This document shows, one piece after another, positions 1-30,373 of a stretch of DNA of 64,000 nucleotides. Origin of the DNA: Macrostomum lignano (lineage: Eukaryota); assembly GCA_002269645.1 (NCBI GenBank), contig NIVC01000661.1:425118-489117 (forward strand), in the 5' to 3' direction. The translations under genes and the position numbers were made by a program. The notes beneath the pieces are model-generated. The model saw nothing but the letters and a program-made list of their open reading frames with translations. It did not search any database and was not told the DNA's origin. How positions within the stretch are numbered: position 1 is the stretch's first letter; the number at the start of each line of letters is the position of its first letter.

Positions 1-189
1 CAAGACAGCAGATTTACTTGGTTCAATATCAGCTCAGCTCTTTCCATTGGCCAGTGGCTACAGCCAATAGCTGGGATTGTGGCTGTGCTGTGTGCGCGCA
101 GTGCCAATACTGTAAGGCCTGTAGGGTTAAAGAAGAAATCAGACACAAGAAACGGAGGATGAGTCTAAAGAAGGAGAAATATAACGGGG

Positions 190-695
190 AAATAGTGAGG
201 CAAGAAGCAGATGAAGCAAGAAACTGAAAGAGAAGCGGAAGAGAAAGCAGAACAGACAAAAGAAGCAGAAGAGAAAGCAGAAAAGACAAAAGAAACAGAA
301 GAGAAAGCAAAAAAAGACAAAAGAAGCAGAAGAGAAAGCAAAAAAAGACAAAAGAAGCAGAAGAGAAAGCAGAAAAGACAAAAGAAGCAGAAGAGAAAGC
401 AAAAAAAGACAAAAGAAGCGGAAGAGAAAGCAGAAAAGACAAAAGAAGCAGAAGAGAAAGCAGAAAAGACAAAAGAAGCAGAAGAGAAAGCAAAAAAAGA
501 CAAAAGAAGCAGAAGAGAAAGCAGAAAAGACAACAGAAGCAGAAGAGAAAGCAGAACAGACAAGAGAAGCGGAAGAGAAAGCAGAAAAGACAAAAGAAGC
601 GGAAGAGAAAGCAGAAAAGACAAAAGAAGCGGAAGAGAAAGCAGAAAAGAAATCAGAAGAGGCAAAAGCAGCCAGCAGGAGAGAAGGCAAAGATA
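190..695 (+). repeat. Purine-rich ~30-bp tandem repeat (AAAGAAGCAGAAGAGAAAGCAGAAAAGACA-type); could encode a KEAEEKAEKT charged repeat
   Basis: Repeat visible directly. The frame slips at A-runs and no splice context was established. Confidence 0.8.
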
Positions 696-1394
696 GTAAA
701 AAAAAAGACAATATTTTTATCAGAGAAGAAAGAATGATCCCTAGCAGCAAAAACATCATAAATAAACAAGACATTTGTAAACAAACGGCTCTGAAAAGAA
801 TTTAACTGAAGAACGCAAGGGAAAATTTGTGGGGGGTTAAAGTACTAGGTTTGAACTTTTACTAATACGATGAAGCTGGGACAGTAAGTGCGTATGCAGT
901 AAAATATATATTTAAATATTATAAATGTAGTTTTATAATTTTGTGTCTGGGACAAATTTCCCAAAGTCTTGAAAGTGGGGAAAAACTAGACGGAAAAAAG
1001 TATTGCAAAAAACTTTATTAATTTCAATAAGTCAAAAAAGATCCGTACTCGCAGCTACACAGAGAAAAAACACATTTATCTTCAGCCCGCAAAGTAGACA
1101 CAAAACACAGCTGCAATTGGCACTAAATCCAGCACAACACAGCAAATTAAAAAAAGAACAACTGACGGAAATGTTCACCAAAAGCACAAAAATTGCCACA
1201 AATATATTCATAGACTAATTATTGATAAAATACAGCACCAGAAAAGCTTGTTAATAGCTGTAAAGACAATGGACATGGAGAGGACAACAGACACGAACTA
1301 TAATTGTGTATTTGATAAAGTGCAAGTGGCTTAGGGCGCAAATAAGGCGCAAGTAATGGGGCACCTAAGTGAAGGCTTGAGAGTTGGAATAGGG

Positions 1395-2095
1395 GTTCAC
1401 TTAGGTCTGTGTACATTGGGAGAGAGATAAGGCTGCTGTTTAGTTGGGGTAAAATGGGGGTTCACAACTAGGGTCTGTGTACATTGGGCAAGAGAGATAA
1501 GGCAGCTGTTTATTTGGGGTAGAATGGGGGTTCACAACTAGGGTCTCCGTACATTGGGCGAGAGAGATAAGGCTGCTGTTTAGTTGGGGTAGAATGGGGT
1601 TCACAACTAGGGTCTGTGTACATTCGGCGAGAGAGATAAGGCAGCTGTTTATTTGGGGTAGAATGGGGGTTCACAACTAGGGTCTGTGTACATTGGGAGA
1701 GAGAGATAAGGCTGCTGTTTAGTTGGGGTAGAATGGGGGTCCACAACTAGGGTCTGTGTACATTGGGCGAGAGAGATAAGGCTGCTGTTTAGTTGGGGTA
1801 GAATGGGGGTCCACAACTAGGGTCTGTGTACATTGGGCGAGAGAGATAAGGCTGCTGTTTAGTTGGGGTAGAATGGGGGTTCACAACTAGGGTCTGTGTA
1901 CATTGGGCGAGAGAGATAAGGCTGCTGTTTAGTTGGGGTAGAATGGGGGTCCACAACTAGGGTCTGTGTACATTAGGCGAGAGAGATAAGGCTGCTGTTT
2001 AGTTGGGGTAGAATGGGGGTTCACAACTAGGGTCTGTGTACATTGGGAGAGAGAGATAAGGCTGCTGTTTAGTTGGGGTAGAATGGGGGTTCACT
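1395..2095. repeat. 70-bp minisatellite, about 10 copies
   Basis: CACAACTAGGGTCTGTGTACATTGGG... recurs at 1741, 1811, 1881, 1951 and 2021. Confidence 0.95.
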
Positions 2096-2860
2096 TGAAT
2101 AGGGCCGATGTAAATTGGAAGAGAAGAGATACTTTTTTAAACAACAAATAACAGCTTAATGGACAATTAGCCTGCAGTATAACAATCGGAAAAGTGCTAG
2201 ACGGAAAAACCAACAATAAACGCACCAGAAAATGAAACAACGAAACATGCTTTTATAGCTAGTTAATAGTTCGTGTATTAATTTCGTTAAAAGTTAAAAA
2301 AAGAGTTAAATTTAGCTAACGCGATGCCAATGCGTCACAAGCGCTACTTTTAACAAGTAGTGCAGTGCGCGCAAAAGGTTGGTTGGACACAAAAGTGCGC
2401 GGACAGTGAAACAAATAATACAGCGCAAAGGTACACATAGGAGTGCGCTATTCCGTGTAAATCCCCAACACAATAATTAAGGTACATTGGTAATTCTTTC
2501 GCATTCAAAAAGAAAGGCAGCAATTCGAGCCAAAGAAGACTGATTGATATCGAATGAGTGGAAGAGCAGTTTTGATAAAAAAGTATATAAAAGTACATAT
2601 TATATAGGAGCCCATTAGCCAAATAATATGAAAATAAAACAGTACATATATAGTCAGGGAAAAGAATGAATATTGTATTAAGCCATAATAACATTTAATT
2701 TTTTTGTAAAGGCTTGTATCGTGTTAGATGTGAGTAAGCACAATATAATAAACATTTAATTTTGAATAGATCGAATCTCTGGCCATGACCTCTGAAAACT
2801 ATTAACCTTAGCGTTAGTTGACCTCAGAAAACCTAATTTTTCAGGTTCTTTGAGCAGCCT

Positions 2861-3150
2861 AGGGTCATGACCTTAGGGAAGCTTATTTGTCGGGTCGTGA
2901 CCTTATGGAAGCTTATTTGTCGGGTCATGGCCTTATGGAAGCCGATTTATTGGGTCATGACCTTATGGAAGCCGATTTATCGTGTCGTGACCTTATGGAA
3001 GCCAATTATTCGGGTCATAACCTTATGGAAGCGTATGTATCGGTTCGTGACCTTATGGAAGCCGATTTACCGGGTCATGACCTTATGGAAGCGTATTTGT
3101 CTGTTCATGACCTTATAGAAGCCGATTGGTCGGGTCATGACCTCATAAAG
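2861..3150. repeat. 30-bp minisatellite, 10 copies, with palindromic core GGTCATGACC
   Basis: GGGTCATGACCTTATGGAAGCCGATTTATC-type unit every 30 nt. Confidence 0.95.
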
Positions 3151-4190
3151 TGATCTTTTTCAGTGTATTCCCTTTTGTTAGGGTCATGGATTTATGGAAC
3201 TATTTTTATCGTCACGACCTTAAGGAACGCTCTTTTTCAGGTCATGCTCTTAAGAAACCAACATTTTCGGTTCAAAACCGTTGAAAAAAACTTTTTTGAG
3301 GCGATAAGTAAAAAGCCACTTCAACTAAAAGTAAGATTTAAAAAATTCATTTGTCATGATTTAAACGATTTAATGTTCGCTAATATTCCTAAACAATCGC
3401 TTCAAAATACTATTAAAACTGACAGAGAACACAGAGAACCATTACAAAGTTAAAAATAAGAAAACCTTGACTAACAAGGCCGCATTCCAGACGAAACGAA
3501 TGACATAAGCAAAAATAAGCAGATCCATGCTTTTCTACTTGTACAAAATACAGAACCGACACCCAAACATACATGTATGCTTTCAATAAACAGCAATATG
3601 CCTTGTAGCTAGTCATAATAGATAAACGACTAAAAGCGCATGAGAAGTACATAGTTATTAAGTTTTAATAAAGTACCAACTCTCGAACAGAAGATCCGGG
3701 GTCATCTGACCCTTGTGGATTCTGTCAGAGCAGCAGGGGTCATCCGACCCTGGTGGATTCCGTCAGAGCAGGGGTCACCTGACCCCAGTGATTTCACGGG
3801 AATGCCACTAGAGCACCAAATCAAGCAGAACAGATGCTGTTCAATAAGTGCAGGCACAGAAGTGAGGGAGGCGCACAATGCGAATGTATTTCTCGGGGGA
3901 AGGGGGGGGGGTCACCATCAAATTCTGCACAAAAATCAAAAATATATATTAAGCCACAAATACAAGAGGCGCATAAAATATGGATTAAACAAATTCATAT
4001 ATAAACAGCGTTATTATAGATAAAGTGAGACCAGAAACCAGGCGGATTGAAGAGAACAAAAAAACACACAAAAATGCCCAACCAAACGGTCAAAAAAGGA
4101 TTTAAGCGAATTTAATATATGATAATAAATAGTTGAAGTTGTCAGCTGTGTTTAAACACTTTTCGCTATTTCCAGCACTAACTGCCAACT

Positions 4191-20664
<16,474 letters not shown>

Positions 20665-23352
20665 TTTTTGTTTATGGCTGCGATTTCTTGCTAAACTAAC
20701 TGCACAGGTCAGGTGTGCCAACTGGTTGACATGCATTTGAATGTTTGACAACTAAGTTCTTATTGAATGTCAACTTCACAGAGCTGGGGATTAGAAATAG
20801 AAATTTGTGTATTCCATTCTTTGTTGGCTCCCCAACAGGGGCGCTAACTGCTAGTTCACTTTTCTAATAAATTATTTTTGTTGTCATTCACTCTAAATTG
20901 ACTTAGGCCTTGTAAATGCTAGCATAGTTCATTAAAAGTGACTTTAAGTATGCACTAAATTCATATCTATCCTTAATATGTGCATAAAATATGAATTAAT
21001 TCTCAGAAAAAAACAATACAGAAAGATAATTTAATGTTGGGATTCCTTGCGCATAAGCCAAATGTAGCATTTTTTATATTTGGTGCTATTGCCTAATATC
21101 TCCTAAAGTCAAAGTGATACTTATAGTTAGGACCAAAAGGAAAAATTCAATTTATCACTATAATTAATCTTATATATTAGGAATTTTCTATAAGTCAGAA
21201 GTCTAGAAGCCAGTCTTATATTAGGCCAAATATATATTCTCAACTAATAAATCTAATATGATTATAAGTACTACTATCTCCCTTAATGCTCTAAGAGAGG
21301 CATGAGCAGAAAGAACCTTATGGATATCTTATAATTACGATTAAGATGGCCATGGCCAATATACAAGGCTCAGATAATTCTAATATATACAAGATCCCTT
21401 GGCAAATTTTAGCTAAAAGCTTTAGCTATAAATGTGACTTTTGACATATAATAATAATACTTGATTACACCTTGCTGCAATTAGGCCAGATACGGCAGAT
21501 ATACAACTAATAGCTTAGTTGCAACAATTGCACAACACATCTAAAGGCTACATATGGCTATTTGGTCAAAAGACATAAAGGCTTCCATATATATTTAGAA
21601 AAGTCAAAATGAAAGAAGTCAAGAAATTAAACTTTATAGACTGTCATTATAAGAAAAGTTTTATTGTAATATCTTTTATTCTATGACAATATTAATATAT
21701 GATTAGTAAAACATTGTTTAATTAAGTATTGTCTGATTATTTTGGGATTTCAAAGTAAAATTAGGAATTTGAACCATTATCCCATGTATTGGTTTCTGAC
21801 AAACTTGTGAAGTGTCTTTGTGTGTGTCTGGGATGTCTTTTTAAATTAGAGACATGTGTGAAACAGCTGTGCAATTTTCATTCAGAAAGAGCAAAGTGCA
21901 ACAATGTAGCTTGGCTCCTCAAAAAATGACTGTATACAGTATTTGGTATATTGGAAAACATTGTAACAACATTTGCTAGGGAATATCTCAGCTTGTGAAG
22001 CATTTTTGTGTGTGTCTAGGGTGTCTTTTTAAAGCAGAGACATGCATAAAAATGTCTCAAAATTTATACTGTCTTGCATACTAAATATAAAATTTTGTTA
22101 AACATTTTCTGAACAATATCTAAATGTCTATCTATAAATGTCTGTCAGGAAACCAATATATCATTATCCCTATAATCTATCAATTGCACTTTCTAAAAGC
22201 TACAATCACCAAAATGATATATTTGCAATTATAATTAGCCTATCTTTTGCTAGAACTAGTCACTTTCTTTTTCTGAAATATATATCTATAAAATAAAAAT
22301 TCACTTTTGCCTAGGTGTCTCTTTTCTAAAATTTGCTACAACCAAATCTATTAGTATGCAAATATTATAATAAATATATAAATAAAAAATGCTAATATAG
22401 CATTAAAGTTCTTTAAGAAAATAGTGTAAGTAGCTGTTCTTATATTATTTAATTTGTTTTCATTTCATTTTTATAAAAATTTATTATAATTGACATAAGT
22501 CTACTATACATTAGGGATATTAACTAGTTTGAACCAGTGACAAAAATACTGGTTTTTGGCCAAAGAACTGGTTCTAAAGAAACCATTTTGGTGTAGTTTT
22601 TATAGTTTTTAACAGTTGGGGCAAAATGGCAGACTCAAAAGGGCAGAGTGGCAGATTCAATACAAAAGAGAGATGCAATACTTGTATGTCATATATGTCA
22701 TGTACAATATAAATGATGGCTTTCTATAAAAAGCTTTTAATTAACTTAATTTAAGACAAAAACTTTGTTATTAACTATATTTAATTTGAAAAAAACTTCA
22801 AGTGAATTGTTTGAGACAAAGTTTTAATACTAATAGCCTAATAAATAACTCGTGCTTTTTTGTTCTTATAAATAATTGATACTCAAACTAGTTTTTAAAA
22901 ACTAGAAAACTAGTTTTCTTAAAAAATACAATTTCAAAATAGTTAACTAGTTCTCAAAAAGGTAGGCAATAAGTTTTTGGCATTCTTACTAGGGGCCTAT
23001 ACATTGATATATTCCTTAATTGCTTAATAGTTTTCAAATTGATTATAATCTTTTTACTATATAACTAGGCCTAGGCATATAGACCACTTACTTAAATCCT
23101 ATGATTCCTATCTAACTACTAGGGGGGGCCTAAGATAGGCCTAGTATTTGGTTATTTGGTCTAAGGCAAAAAACCCTAAAAACACAAAACATCAGCCTCT
23201 AGACTATACATCCAATATACTTCCAAAACCCTAACATCTATAGTTTAGATTGTTTATTAGTATGCTAGGTTTAATGCAGAAAAAATGACAAGACCTCAAC
23301 CTTGTTTGTATGCCAGGTTTTTATACCAATATAATAAAGTTGTCATTGACAC

Positions 23353-26318
23353 GGCTACAGGTCAAAAGGGCGACAGATCAAAAGGGCGACAGTTAAAAGG
23401 GCGACAGTCAAAAGGGCGACAGTCAAAAGGGCGACAGTTACAGTGTATTTATATTGAAAATACGAGTTCCACGTACATTAAAAGTATTTGTTAAAAGCAG
23501 TTGGACACGTATTGGACACACTATTAAATGTTAAAATGTGGTTTAGTGAGGTCCATTTATTTCACTAACCGCCTTCAGTAGATCATCCGCCGAGCGGTTG
23601 CCACGCCTGAATTCTCTCCAGTATTTGAAGTACTGGGCCTGCATACTTCGGTATCTGTTGCGCTGTACGCGGCGCATTACTCCTTGGGAGAGGAGCTGCA
23701 CCTCTACGGGGATCATTCACGCTTCATTGAATAGGAGCTTGATGAGCAGGTAGAATTGGATGTTTCCTCGCTGGGCTCTGTAGTTTAGAGTGCGATGCCA
23801 GCTCTCTAAGTCGTTGTTGGTCCTAACCGCCTGTTGAAGTAAAGAAAAATATATTTTTTCTGGCTGCCTAGCAGTAGCGGATTAAAAGGGGCGGCGCACA
23901 GGGCACGCGCACCCCGTCGAGTTTGATTTTTCATTTTTTTCTATGGAAAGTACACATTTTCAGGTACATATACGTGTACACCATGATATACATAAACATG
24001 CACCTTAATTAGTACTCTGCGTCCATGTGCACTTTTACTCCTACATGTGCACTTTACTTGTACATGTACTTTTTACATGCATTGTACTGTCTTTTCCAAG
24101 TTCTCTCCAAGATTGCAATGATATTTTTCCGGGTATATAACAGAATTTTTTTCATAACTTCACCTGTCTGTATATGGAGATGTCATGGACATTCCAGATG
24201 GAGCTGGTGATCCACGTCACTTGGACATAGTCGCACAGGGCAGACAGGAGAGGTGTTAGAGTAGTCTCAACGCGGAGACGGTAAAATGTTATCGCGATAT
24301 GCTGAGGTGGCAGGAAGGGGAGCGCCATCAGCTTTCGGCAGAATCGCTAAGTTCCATCATCGTCACAGTATGCTGGCTGCAAGCCTAGCTGCTGAATGTG
24401 ACGCCAAACAGCCTGCGTGTAGTGGAAGACACATCCGCGAATAGATGCTTGTGGGAAGACAGTTCGGATGGCTCTCCAAACTGCAGCCTCAAAGTCAACG
24501 ACAAAGCCCTCTGGTTTCACGTGCGGGACGATGGCCTTGAGTGCCTTGCATGTATACATGTAGGAAGGAATTATGACAATGGTTAGCTTTTACTTCTCAT
24601 TCTTTTCATTTTACATGTACATGTATACATGTAATTTTCTTACCTCAAGTACTTGCTGGTAATCTTCGCAGCTTTTTCCAGACATGAATACAAAGGCAAG
24701 TGGGACTTGTTTCATGCTGTCTCCATTAGAGATGAACGCGTGAATCGAATAAAGCTGCTGAAATGGCTGTCGGATGACACTGAAAGTGCCATCCATATAC
24801 CACCATGTGGCTCGTATCAACAGCAATAGCATGTCATCTGTAGCGAAGATGATGTGGCGACGGCCATTCACATGAATGTCGCTACGGAGAAAGTTGTTGG
24901 GAATGGCATTCATGTCAATGTCAAAGTCGATTGTGTCTGGCTCCTCTGGACGGTCTTTGCGCCGGTCTCGATTGGCAGCCTGTGCAAGGTTGTCAGGATT
25001 TGGCATTCTCAGACCACTCTGAAAGTCGTTGAGCACTTGCAGCAGCTCTTCTCGTGCAATTTGAGGCGCTGACTGAAACAATTTTTGTCGCGCCTGAGTT
25101 TTAACACGCTGTTTCAACTTCCTCTCCTCTGCTGGTCTATGAAGTGGAGGATGGTTGTGGTGACTGTGGCCTTTGGTGAAGGTGTCACCCTTTTGAACCA
25201 CTGTGGCGCCACAGTGTGCTTTGCGCTGCGAGCATCGCCAGTATGTGTTGTTGCCACGAGTCCGTGAAACACCAAAGCTGTACTGACCATCCACGATTAA
25301 TACATCTTTCTTCTTGTTTGAGCCATCACGAATCAGTTCAAAATCTGCAATCTCCCGGGCTGTGATCTCCCGAGGAGCTGGATCTCGAATGCTTACGCCA
25401 GTGTCTGTTGGCACACCATCCTGACTGACATCATTTCCATCCACATCCTCGCTCACATCCTCACCCTGAGTGATATCCTCATCCTCAAAAATTACCTCTA
25501 CCAATGGTTGATCGGCATCCTGCTCAGGAGCATGATTGCTGACAGTGTCCTGTGGCTGTTGCTGCAGGATACTACAGTTACTGCACCTCCAGTCAAAGTT
25601 GTCCAAATGCTGGAGAGCGCGATATTGCTCTTGTGTAATGCCGCTGTTGCATGTTCGGTGTTGCCAACGATGGCAGCCATCACACTGCAAGCCTTGCTGA
25701 CGTTGGCGGACCTCATTTTCACATACTATGCATGAGTTATCCATTTTAAAGAAATCAATATGCAGCCTGCTTCCATCAGCTTTCTACGAGCATAACTACA
25801 TGTAGCTATATATGCACCCAACTAAACCAAATGGCTACATGTACACACTCAAGCTCAACACGGCCCTTACCTATCCCCTTATTCCCCCAAAAAATGTACA
25901 TCATTAGATCAACAATAAATAGAATTTCACAGTCCTAGTTTGGTGCCAACAAAAAACTTAAGACAGTAATTGTAAGAGAGCAGCTTTTTTAAATTCAGGC
26001 GTGGCAACCATACTCAGCACTTATATGGTATGGTGATTTCAGTGAATGAAATATATAAACCCCACTGATCTATGTTTCAATGTACAATGTATGAGCGTAC
26101 ATTAAATATTAGAACCCCATTCTAACATGCAAGTACAAATTGTCAGCACAAAAATTGTTATTGCTAAGATTCTAAGATTTTCTAAGAAACGAGGTTTCCC
26201 GTCCTTCCACTTAAGTAGTTCTTGGTCTAATACCCTGTCGCCCTTTTGACTGTCACCCTTTTAACTGTCACCCTTTTAACTGTCGCCCTTTTCATCTGTC
26301 GCCCTTTTGATCGGTTGC
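23353..26318 (-). mobile_element. Mutator-like (MULE, Phantom-type) DNA transposon, about 2.97 kb
   Basis: Inverted termini, each with five tandem AAAAGGG(C/T)GACAG units (23361-23440 and 26235-26312). Direct repeat CATTGACAC at 23344-23352 and 26319-26327 (8- or 9-bp TSD). Internal MULE transposase. Confidence 0.93.
23543..25744 (-). pseudogene. MULE transposase with PHD finger and FLYWCH, 3 exons (24644-25744, 24164-24544, 23543-23830), two in-frame stops
   Basis: PHD CIVC...CDGCHRWQHRTC...WRCSNC; FLYWCH YWRCSQRKAHC...HNH; DDE residues YMDGTF, VVDFE and NDLESWH, plus GCVFH. Stops TAG at 24347-24349 and TGA at 23717-23719. Confidence 0.9.
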
Positions 26319-26427
26319 CATTGACACAATGTTTCTACTGTCATGTATGCTGGGATATAGGCCAATGTATGCCAAAAATGATAAGTACTTTGTTGTATTG
26401 TACACTAGGAAAACCCAGCATACATAG

Positions 26428-27055
26428 GGTATCCAGTCAATCCAGCGACAAGACAATCCAGCAACAGACCATCCGGCGACAGCCGATCCGGCAACAGATA
26501 TAAAAATCAATGTATATCAGCATATATATGGATTAGTTGAGCTACTATTTTTAGCTCTTTATTATTACCTATTAATACTTAAATAATTAAATAACAATTA
26601 CATTAACTATACTTGTCGCAGTTATATTTTTAGAGCTGTATACAGCTGTTAATTTTCAATATGTTATTTTCAAAGACAATCAATCAATTTAATCTGCTTG
26701 GAAAGCAAGTTTCTATGACTATGATCAATATTGTTGTATGTATTGTATTTGCGACAATATTCAAGAGTCAAAGAACCAAAAAATTGCTATTCGCACAGCA
26801 ACTTATACATGTTATTTTTAACATGTACACATAACCTGCATTTAATGTAACAAATATTGCATGGATAATATTAGTATATATAATAATAATAGTATTAATA
26901 AAAATAATAAAAAGCTACAAATAATAGCTTAACTAATCCATATATCTCCTGATATATGTTGATTTAATATCTGTCGCTAGATCGTTTGTCGCCGGATTGA
27001 CTGTCGCCAGATCGTCTGTCGCCGGATCATCTTGTCGCCGGACTGTCTGGAAGCC
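26428..27055. mobile_element. Non-autonomous Mutator-type MITE, 628 bp, with ~130-bp imperfect TIRs carrying ATCCGGCGACAG repeats
   Basis: Ends GGTATCCAG and CTGGAAGCC; flanks CATACATAG (26419-26427) and TATACATAG (27056-27064). Confidence 0.85.
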
Positions 27056-27424
27056 TATACATAGGATCACATACCAAACTATGGCCCAACATCTCAACCA
27101 ATTAGCCCCAATCCTAAGCATATTAATTTAGAGGCCTCAGTAATTTTTACCAAAATTATAAACATTATATAAACTAGGGCCTAAGGCCTTTAATTTCAAA
27201 AAATAACTTTTAATATATAACTAGGCCTAGTAATATTATCCTATGAATTCCTTAGTAGGCCCTAGGCCAGCTTAATAAAATAAATAATAGACTTACTGTT
27301 AGTTTTTTAAGTAAATATATACTGCAAAGCACTCATTAAATTAGGCCTATTTATAGGGCATAGGCCTACAGCCATAGGGCTAATTTAACTGGCTGGTTGA
27401 ACAGGATCCAAATTAAAAAAATTA

Positions 27425-27860
27425 GGCAGTTGTTATTTGTCCGGTGACCAGACAAATAGTGATTTGGTTATTTGTCCAGTTATTGGATCCTGACTATGCT
27501 TTCCTATTCATCCAGTTAATACCGGACAAATAGACATTTTGTTATTTGTCCGGTTAAATTGATAATGCTAAAATATCTAGTTCATAAAAACCACAAAGGT
27601 AAATATTCCTAGACTTCAAAGACTTCTTAGTCATATCTTGATTATTATATTGTTATACTAGTGTTTGTCTTATACACCTAATTATGCCGAATTGAATAAT
27701 ATACTGCTTTGCTTAACACTCTAGTATACAAGAAAATATTAATCAGTATACGAGAATAGGTCTATTCATCACGAAACAAATAAGATACTTGCGTTAGCAA
27801 TTTAACCGGACAAATAGCAAAAAGGCTATTCGTCCGGTCACCGGACAAATAACAACTGCC
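27425..27860. mobile_element. Non-autonomous Mutator-type MITE, 436 bp
   Basis: TIR GGCAGTTGTTATTTGTCCGGTGACC at both ends; perfect 9-bp TSD AAAAAATTA (27416-27424 and 27861-27869). Confidence 0.92.
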
Positions 27861-30373
27861 AAAAAATTAAGTGGGATCAGCCAGCTTAGGCTTTATCAGG
27901 AATTAGAATAACTAAGGGACTTAAATTATAGGATAGGGCCTAGGCCTAAACAGAACCATTCCATTGAAATGAGTCTAAGTGCTATTTTGCTAATTAATTT
28001 AAATAGTACTAATTACTAATAAATAGGCCTAGTCTATATTAATTGCAAGGTGCGCCCAATATATTAATAGGTAGGCCTATTTTTGCCACACTTGTGAGTT
28101 GTGACTTGGTAAAAAAACAAAATAGTTACGCTCACATTCACACTACACTAAAATCAAAATTTTAGACTAAAAACCTCGTTTGACGCACTGATACTGGATA
28201 CTGTATGTTTAATCTAGGAATGTTAATGAAGCGAAAGTACACCGAAACGTGAGATTTGTAAAAAAACGTGAAGCAATAAAAATTGCTAATCAAATTTTAA
28301 ATGCAGACTATCATCTAAAACTAAGTAAATATAATAAAAGCAACAATAAGCAAAAATGCTGTCATTTTTTGCCTACAGTGTGTATATGTATTACTTGCTA
28401 TATGTCTATTTTTTGTTTTATTACCAAAGAAAGAACTTGAAAGTCTGAACGTCGGAAGCATTTTAAGCCAGAAAAAATACTTTCTATGCCTTAGCCTTTA
28501 AACTTACTTTTTCATCAGGATCCGCTATTCAGCTTGTAGGTGTATGATAATTCAGCATTCCGCCATTCAGTACATGTAGTGTACGTACTTCTACACTTCT
28601 GCTGCTGTGCAGAAGTTGAGGAACTGATAAAAAGGAAGATCACAGCAAACGTTATTAATTTAAACTTTAGTTAAACCGTAAGAACAAAAAATATATCTGA
28701 AATTTGAAGACTGAGCCTTTTATTTAGAAACAGATAGCAGTCATCATTGATTGATTTGATATACACACACATACATGCACGTACAATAAAGTTTACAAAC
28801 GCAGGGAATATATGGTTAAAATAAAACACAACAGACTGCAACTTTTGTGAAGAGGAATATTACAATGAGTGAGAATACTCAGTCGATAAGCGAGAATAAT
28901 ACAATTACGTAATGTACAGATAGGCAAACGTACAGACAAGTAACTTAACTGAAATTTAATGGCTTAAAAGTGATTAACAGCGAAATATTATTCATATTCA
29001 TTCAGGTTCGTTCAGCTATTCTTACTAAAAGTAAACAAAACACACCGTATAGAATGAAATGTGATAAAACAGTGAAATGCTGTATTGTGAGACAGGGATT
29101 CGCCTAGTTAATGAATTTTGGGAACCCGAAAAAATATTTCAAATCATGTTTAAAGTAGCAGCGTCAAATACACAGAAGCAATCTAAGTCTTACACAACAA
29201 ACATATGGCTGATATAGCGACAGCTACTTAAAATGAAAAAAAAAGAAACTAATGTTATTATTTTTTCTTCATTACGAGCTTAAATTGCTACATTCGCTTT
29301 TACCTTCTGAAGTAGCAAACAGTATAGGGTTTTATAATAAAAGCCTGCATATACAGATTGAGCTTAGAGCAAGTGTTTTCTTAAAGCAGCGAAACGTAAA
29401 AACAAACAAATTTAGGAATAAGAAAACTTTGTTAGTAATTGTTAGAATCTGTGGCGGCGCTTAAATTAATAATATTTAGTATACTATTATAAGTAGTATG
29501 TAGCAACTATTTGATATAGTAAATATATCGTGCTAAGCAAACTACAAAAAACTTGGTGCAAATCACTCGGCCATTGAAGTTAATAGCAAAACTATTAAGA
29601 TCTCTAAAACGATTGTTACAAACAAAAATAATTAAATGAAATACAACACAGTTTAGTAACAGAAAAAATACTAAACAAAAGATTTGGTCGATTTGCAGTC
29701 TCGCTAAACTTGAAGGCACAAACACTCAAGTTATTGTGCAATGTACTTGTAAAACAGTAGTATTAACATATAGCATTGTGTTATTAGATTGCATGGGGTA
29801 AGCCAAACAAAGTAATAATTATTTGCAAAAATTGCTTATGATTGTTGCAATTGATGCAACATGAAAGATCTTGAATAAATAAATCTGTAATGTTTATATA
29901 AATAAGGTTTAATTACATCTCGCTATCTACACAGTTTAGTAATCATATAAAGAGTTTCTCAATCAGGAATTACCAATAAACCTTAATAACTAAAACGAAA
30001 CTATTCAGGCCAAATGGTTGAAATATTCCAGTTTTAAATGAGAAACTTTGTTAATAAAAAGTGTGGCTTAGTGGTGACACAGACTTGTTAAATATCAACA
30101 CAAATTTCAGATTGAAACAAAAAACATAGATATGCTTATGCTTCCTTGTACGCGTGCTATTCTGGCTACTGTTAGTAGGCTAGTGGGCAAAGAAAACCAC
30201 AGTTTAAACATTAACCATCCCTTTTTAGACCATAGGCAATGGAATTTGGAGATTTAACTACCCTAATTATTTAAGCTATTTGGTCTTGGCCACTAAAATT
30301 ATATCGGGGACTTTCTAACAAACTCGAAACTTTGCAAATTACCATTGTTGACAAGTATTTTCTCATCTACAAT

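Noticed and set aside
36-95. HW...NSWDCG as a Ulp1/SENP protease motif
   Set aside because: His and Cys motifs are about 10 residues apart, far closer than in C48 proteases, and the Gln of the oxyanion site is missing.
23872-23930. CAGTAGCGGATT... as a hAT end inside the MULE intron
   Set aside because: No matching opposite terminus or TSD found.
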